DNA of 64,000 nucleotides from Sediminibacterium sp. (GTDB lineage Bacteria; Bacteroidota; Bacteroidia; Chitinophagales; Chitinophagaceae): NCBI GenBank assembly GCA_049314475.1, contig JBMOFB010000001.1, positions 3,047 to 67,046 of the forward strand, read 5' to 3'. Shown piece by piece: positions 61,627 to 64,000 of this stretch (position 1 is its first letter; each line of letters starts with the position of its first letter). The notes under the pieces were generated by a model. It saw only the letters and a program-made list of their open reading frames with translations, ran no database searches and was not told where the DNA came from. The position numbers and the translations under genes were made by a program.

Positions 61627-62892
61627 TTAGGCCTTACTTAAGGTATTTAAAGCTGCCACAAATACATCTAACTCCTTGGTGGTGGTGTATAGGTTAGGTG
61701 TAATCCTGCATCCTTGTACATTGGCATAATCAATGGCCACAGTAAATATTTTGTGTTCCTTCATCAATCGCTCCGCTAAAATAGCTGGTTTCATGTTTTT
61801 AATACCCACATTGCTAATGGCACATGAACGATCTGGCGTAGTTGGAGTGTTTAAAATAATATTTGGATTGTCCTTGACTTTGCTGGTCCAATACTGTTGC
61901 AAGTACCTTAATCTTGCCTCCTTCTTTGCTGGACCAATCATTTGATAATAGGCAATGGAATCTGGTATGGTTAAGTCTGTATGCACGGGATGGGTTCCGG
62001 TATGGTTGATACGCTTAATTTTATTTTGATCTTTTTCGTTGTCTCCAAACAGGGGCCAGATATTTTTGATATGTTCTTTTTTAACAAAAAGAATCCCTGC
62101 ACCCAATGGCACACTCAACCATTTATGTAAGGAGGCTGCATAATAATCACAACCTAAATCAGCAATACTATATTGGATATGTGCAAAAGCATGCGCGCCA
62201 TCTACCATCACTTGTACCCCATACTGGTGGGCCATTTCACTAATTTTTTTAATCGGTAATATTTGACCAGTGATGTTAATCATATGACTCACTAATATCA
62301 CTTTAGTCTTTGGTGTGATGGCATTTTTATAAAGCGCAACAATCTCGGCATCGTCTTTTGGATGATTGGGTACAGAAATGATTTTATTGACTACACCATG
62401 TCTTTCACTCACTAATTTAAACATATCTAACATCGCGCCATAGTCTTGTTCGGCAATAATAGCTTCATCACCAGCTTGCCAATGAATACCTCCAATGATG
62501 GTATCTAAAGACTCCGTCGTGTTGCGAGTAATGATTAATTCATCCGGGCTGCATCCTGCAATCTCGGCCAATGCAATCACAGATTTTTGTTTATTCTCCC
62601 ACTGCACCGTGCGCATATAATAAGACCCTTGGTAATTGATTTCTTTAATATGCTCGATATATTTATTCAGTATAGGTTGAGGTAAAAAATTGTAGTAGCC
62701 ATTTTCTAAATTAATATAGTCTGGCTTTAAAATATATTGTTGACGTATCTGTTCCCAAAATGCATTGTCCTCTGCAAGCGCTGAAGGTGATTTTTCCGAA
62801 TGGCTTTCAAAAGCTTTTGCCATCCCACTAAATCCTATTGGCATTGCAATGCTTGTTAAAACAAGGTCTTTGATAAATTGTCTTTTTTGCAT
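61627..62892 (-). CDS. Class V PLP-dependent aminotransferase with Tat-like signal peptide
   Basis: MQKRQFIK N-terminus, DGAH, SLHKW. Confidence 0.88.
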   Translation of the reverse strand: MQKRQFIKDLVLTSIAMPIGFSGMAKAFESHSEKSPSALAEDNAFWEQIRQQYILKPDYINLENGYYNFLPQPILNKYIEHIKEINYQGSYYMRTVQWENKQKSVIALAEIAGCSPDELIITRNTTESLDTIIGGIHWQAGDEAIIAEQDYGAMLDMFKLVSERHGVVNKIISVPNHPKDDAEIVALYKNAITPKTKVILVSHMINITGQILPIKKISEMAHQYGVQVMVDGAHAFAHIQYSIADLGCDYYAASLHKWLSVPLGAGILFVKKEHIKNIWPLFGDNEKDQNKIKRINHTGTHPVHTDLTIPDSIAYYQMIGPAKKEARLRYLQQYWTSKVKDNPNIILNTPTTPDRSCAISNVGIKNMKPAILAERLMKEHKIFTVAIDYANVQGCRITPNLYTTTKELDVFVAALNTLSKA

Positions 62893-63037
62893 ATGGCTAT
62901 ATTTAGGTATTAAATTCCGATTTATTTTACTGTTATCAAAATAAAATATCTGTTGCGGTGCTAAATTTGGATAAAAGTTGAATGATAATGCAGGCTTTTA
63001 CCTAATTTGATCATTCAAAATCATCAAAAGACCTACT

Positions 63038-64000
63038 ATGAAAAACTTAGTAATCAAAGGATTTATCCTTGCAGCAATTTTACCAATTTCTGCTATGGCG
63101 CAACTAGATCCTGCAACGATTCAGAAAATCAGAACCGAAGGATTGGAAAAATCTCAGGTAATGGATATCGCATTTAATTTAACAGATAAAAGTGGGAATA
63201 GGTTGGCCAATTCAGAAGGCTATGCTAGAGCAGCTAATTATGCGAAAGAGGTGTTGACTAAAAATGGTGCAGTGAATGCAGTAATTGAACCATGGGGTGA
63301 ATTTGGCAAAGGATGGGATTTAGAGAAAATGTATTTTGCAATGACCGCACCATATTATAAACCATTATTGGCTTGGCCTAAAACTTGGACTGCAGGTACC
63401 AATGGATTAAAAAATGCGACGATTATTGTTGTGGATGCAAAAGACTCTGTTACATTACTAAATTATAAAGGACAATTAAAAGGTAAGATCATAATTTTGG
63501 ATCAAGAAAATAAGTATAAGCAAAGTTTTAAAGCAGACGCTGAAAGATATACGGACGAAGCATTGGCCGCAATGGAAGCAGCAGCTGCACCAGCAATTTC
63601 TAGAACACCAGATACAGCGCAACAAAGACGTATGCGCGAGATGCAAGCACAAAGATCAGGTCCACAAAGAGTCATGAATTTATTAAAGGCAATGGCAATC
63701 GAGGAAGGTGCAGTAGCAATGTTAACCACTGCTACAAGAAATCATGATGGCACTATTTTCGCTCAAGGTGGAGGTTCATATAAAGGAACAGATCCAGCAA
63801 ATTTTTTAGACCTTGCAATGTCAGTAGAAGACTATAATACTTTTTTAAGATTGGCTAAATCGGGCACCACTGTTAAAGCGGACCTAGAAGTAAAAACTAA
63901 ATTTCATACCAAGGATTTACAAGGATACAATGTGCTTGCAGAAATTCCAGGAACTGATCCATTGTTGAAAGACGAAGTGGTGATGATTGGAGCGCATTTG
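63038..64000 (+). CDS. Secreted M28 family metallopeptidase, truncated by window edge
   Basis: Not in ORF track; MKNLVIKGFILAAILPISAMAQ signal, LTD..G.RL, WG.FGKGW, ends NV.AEIPG.D..LKDEVVMIGAHL. Confidence 0.85.
   Translation, partial: MKNLVIKGFILAAILPISAMAQLDPATIQKIRTEGLEKSQVMDIAFNLTDKSGNRLANSEGYARAANYAKEVLTKNGAVNAVIEPWGEFGKGWDLEKMYFAMTAPYYKPLLAWPKTWTAGTNGLKNATIIVVDAKDSVTLLNYKGQLKGKIIILDQENKYKQSFKADAERYTDEALAAMEAAAAPAISRTPDTAQQRRMREMQAQRSGPQRVMNLLKAMAIEEGAVAMLTTATRNHDGTIFAQGGGSYKGTDPANFLDLAMSVEDYNTFLRLAKSGTTVKADLEVKTKFHTKDLQGYNVLAEIPGTDPLLKDEVVMIGAHL

Overview
AT-rich chromosomal segment of a Bacteroidota bacterium; TAnnTTTG -7 promoters, near-absence of Shine-Dalgarno sites, a SusC/SusD pair and gene order fit Chitinophagaceae (taxonomy is my inference). 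It is mostly core genome. It holds Met biosynthesis (metZ partial, metX), lpxB/surE, guaA, rpsT, sucAB, mnmA, ssb, queA, ccmC/D/B, gdhA, amn, tdk, waaA, a nucleotide-sugar cluster, tyrS and hscA. Then come rpsU-xerC-hpf, the tRNA(Thr-Tyr-Gly-Thr)-tuf-tRNA(Trp)-secE-nusG-rplKAJL-rpoBC block, and an anmK / murQ-susD-susC-deoR locus. I see no prophage, IS element or CRISPR array. Best leads: (1) an AT-rich two-gene insert encoding a lipoprotein with a perfectly symmetric 6-Cys, Gly-rich C-terminal hairpin, coupled to a small membrane protein (candidate toxin/immunity pair); (2) two tandem hairpins with identical CCGUAA loops in the queA leader, resembling a GUA anticodon loop; (3) three long intergenic hairpins that fold fully on one strand only, via tandem G.A pairs; (4) a SusC/D locus apparently dedicated to peptidoglycan-sugar scavenging; (5) a tRNA-Trp(CCA) with a 4-bp anticodon stem in a window where none of 57 complete genes ends in TGA; (6) a non-canonical LexA with CTAA-N5-TTAG boxes. 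All calls are by eye; no database searches or folding programs were run.
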